A DNA stretch of 64,000 nucleotides, from the NCBI RefSeq assembly GCF_036365525.1, contig NW_027142279.1, positions 806,001 to 870,000 on the forward strand, written 5' to 3'. Shown piece by piece: positions 61,110 to 64,000 of this stretch; positions within the stretch are counted from its first letter, which is position 1; each line of letters starts with the position of its first letter. This DNA is from Heterodontus francisci (Eukaryota). A program made the translations under genes and the position numbers. A model generated the notes under the pieces. The model was not told where the DNA came from. It was given only the letters and a program-made list of their open reading frames with translations, and did no database searches.

Positions 61110-62600
61110 TGGGGCAGATGGCAGTGTAGTTGGCATATCACTGTGCCAGTAAACCAGAGGCTGGGGAGAATCTCCAGGTGAAATGCGTTCGAAACCCACC
61201 AGGTCAGATGGTGGAATTTAAATTCAATTAATGAATGAATACAATTATTTCATTGGAAAATCTGCAATTGAATGCTGGTCTCAGTTAAGGCGCCCTGACA
61301 CCCAGCTGGCTCACTCATGTCTTTTAGGGAAGGGAATCCGCCGCACTTACCTGGTCTGGCTTGCATGTGACTCCAGACCCACAGAACACAAGAAATAGGA
61401 GCAGGTGCAGACCATATATCCCATCGAGCTTGCTACATCATTCAATACAATCATGGCGGATCTTGGGTTTCAATTTCACTTTCCTGCCTGCTCCCCATAT
61501 CCCTTCATTTCCTGAGGGATCAAAAATCCCAGCCTTAAATGTATTCAGTGAAGGAGCATCCACAACACTCTGGGGTAGAGAAATCCAAAGTTTCACAACC
61601 CTTTGAGTGAAGTCATTTCTCCTCATCTCAGTCCGGAATGACTGATCCCTTATCCTGAGATTTCTCACTGCCTCTTTTCTTAAAAAGCCGTGGAACATTT
61701 GTTAGCTTTCAATCCGATGGGACCATTCCTGAATCTAAGGAATTCTGGAAAATCATAACCAGCGCCCCCACTCTCTCTGCAGCTATCTCTTTTAGAACTC
61801 TGGTATATAATCCATCTGTTCCAGGGGACTTGTCAGATTTTAATCCCTCAGGTTTCTCCAACGGTTTTTCTCAATTGATATGAATATCCTTAATTTCCTC
61901 ACTCTTTTTAGGCCCCAGATAACTGCCTATTTCTGGGATGGAACTTGTGTATTCAACTGTGAAGACAGGCACAAAATATTAGTTCAATTCCCCTGCTATT
62001 GCCCCATTCCCCATGATGATTTCACCTGCCTTTACCTCTAAGGAACCAACGTCAGCTTGAGCTACTCTCTTGCTTTTAATCTAATAGCTCCGACCATCTG
62101 TTTTGAGATTTCCGCTTAGCATATTCTCACATTTTATTCCCACATCCGATGAAAGAACATGAACAATGTCTTCAACCAGCCCTATCAGTATGACGTGCTA
62201 TTTCCTGCTCCCTAATGTTTTTATCCAGCATCCATTTACATATATCTGGTTATACACATCATTTTTTCTGTGTGCTAGCGAATTCCACATTCTTACCACT
62301 CTGTGTAAATTCATTTCTTGGAGTTATTAGTGAGTATGATGTATTCATGACCTTCCCTGCAAGTGCAGGCATCTTCTCTACCTCTCCCCTATTATATTCC
62401 TTCATAATCTTGAGCACCTCTATCAGGTCACCCCTCAGCCTTCTCTTGACTGGGGAAAAGAATCCCAGACTTTTCAATCTTTCCTGATAGTTATAACCTT
62501 TTGTGCTCTGGTATCATTCTTGTAAATCGTTTTTGCACTTCTGCTCGTACCACTCTGTGTAATATGGAGACCAGCACTCTGCACAGCACTATAATAAAAG
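61110..62600. mobile_element. tRNA-derived SINE (61110-61385, +) followed by degenerate CR1 fragments (-)
   Basis: SINE head with gttcgaaaccc B-box; FTQRVVKLWISLP and LGFFSPVKRRLRGDLIEV motifs. Confidence 0.65.
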
Positions 62601-63106
62601 CAAAATACTGCGGATGCAGGAAATCTGAAATAAAAACAAGAAATGCTGGAACCACTCAGCAGGTAGGGCACTCTACACAGCACTGCGGATTTGGTCCAAC
62701 TAAGATTGATGGAGACCAGAACTGTACACAGGGCTCCAGAAGCGCTCTAAGTAAGGTATTTGGAAGTCAGAACTGTCCCCAGCACTTCAGGTGTCGTCTA
62801 CACAAGGCATATAGAGCTGAGAATTGTGCACAGTGCACCAGGTGTGGTCGAACCGAGGTACGTGTTGAAGAGCCGTTCTATGAACCATTATTCAGGTGTG
62901 GGCACAGACAGTGTGTGATGCCTGTCTGGAGGCTGTGGAGAGTTAGAACATGGGAGTTCTGCGACTCGAACGGGCACTGAACAGATGCAGTTCCGCATCC
63001 GATCACCCAGGGCTGCTCTTCACCGAATGATGGGTTAAATGCCCCCGTTAGAAGGGAGACGTGTGAGGGTTTTTGTCAAGGCGGCCAATGACTCTGAACC
63101 GCTGTG

Positions 63107-63840
63107 TCCCATCACCAGCTGCACAGAAATACACCGCCTCGTCCGTGGCGTTCACACTCTCGATCGTCAGAGTGGATTTCTTATTGTCCAGAGTCCTGGT
63201 AATAACAAACCCGCTCTTAAAACCCTCTTCATACTGAGGTTCACCTGCTGTATAGGTAAACCCGATTAACAGGAATCCTCTGTAGGGGGACTGACGATAC
63301 CAGTACATGTAGCTGCGAACTGTTCCTTTCTGCAGACAGTTCATTTCCACTGGTCCTGGTTGTTTAACAGCCAGTGACTGAGGCCATTGATGTATCACAT
63401 CACCCCGGCAAACACCTAGAAAGAGAAATTAGAGGGAATGAACTAGTATCGATGGAGTTACAATTGAGACGATGGGTGTCGGTGTTGCACCGAATTAACG
63501 ACGGAAATTCGGTCTGTGTCCTAATTTCCTACAAGCACCTGGATCTTTACAAATGTAAAATAGAATTGTGGAATCCACAAGTTTGCAAGTGGGTGCAAAC
63601 ATTAAAGAGTTAACATCATATTAATAACACTTGTCTTCCCAAACTAGGGGACAGATGAATGAGTTCACTGTCTTCTATTAAACAATCGATTACTGATTTC
63701 ACAAGTCACCGCCACTCAGTTTTATTGAGATCATTAATCATCCTTTTCAGTTAAACAAATGTAGAAGAGTGATTGGGACAGAATTTTAACCTACTCAGCG
63801 CCAGAAGGGAAATAGCAAAGACGATGAAACTGAAAGGCAT
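63107..63840 (-). CDS. TRBV: TCR V segment, family E, apparently functional (leader 63795-63840, V exon 63107-63415)
   Basis: Leader MPFSFIVFAISLLAL with GTAGGT donor. V: DVIHQWPQ..MNC..WYRQ..DEAVYFCAAG. RSS CACAGCG(63100-63106), 23-bp spacer, ACAAAAACC(63068-63076). Confidence 0.93.
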
Positions 63841-64000
63841 GTTTGGTGCGGATCTGAGGCACTTTCAGTTGGTTCCGCTGGTTTAAGGGTGAGAGGCAGT
63901 TGTAGTTCACCTGGTGCAGAACGTCATTGAGATGGTCCCCGCCCCTACTTTTTAAGTTGTTCCCCCATTCTTTTGTTTGTTTCCTTCCTCCCCTTTCCAC

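Noticed and set aside
61110-61205. tRNA gene
   Set aside because: A- and B-box-like motifs run on into a SINE body and no convincing cloverleaf is present.
4788-63840. IgH, IgNAR or NAR-TCR identity, or presence of D/J/C segments
   Set aside because: WYRQ-type FR2, TRBV30-like motifs and a translocon of V-only units each with its own leader argue against it. I saw no 12-RSS, FGxG J motif, C1 exon or octamer promoter.

Overview
Vertebrate genomic DNA, most likely a cartilaginous fish (judged from its CR1/RTE/Penelope/SINE repeat content). The window lies inside a germline T-cell receptor V-segment array, best read as TCR-beta. I count 23 V segments or relics, all on the minus strand, typically built as leader exon, phase-1 intron, V exon and 23-bp-spacer RSS. 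They fall into five families: A (1), B (3), C (4), D (12, resembling mammalian TRBV30/Trbv31) and E (1 intact plus 2 RTE-split relics). There are two further E-type leader exons near the window start. No D, J or C segments are present. The array grew by a ~4.6-kb triplication (about 6-17 kb) and a ~11-kb block duplication (about 19-30 kb vs 46.5-57 kb). The most notable non-coding signals are: (i) CTCF-consensus motifs ~37 bp past the family-C RSS nonamers, amplified into 45-bp tandem arrays of 9 and 4 copies; (ii) a perfect AP-1 site (TGACTCA) built into the heptamer/spacer junction of most family B/D RSSs; (iii) four V genes with open reading frames disabled only at the invariant CAC of the heptamer; (iv) a 7.6-kb G-rich, GATA-site-dense minisatellite with a 3.3-kb higher-order period next to a V promoter. 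All calls come from reading the sequence by eye; no searches were run.
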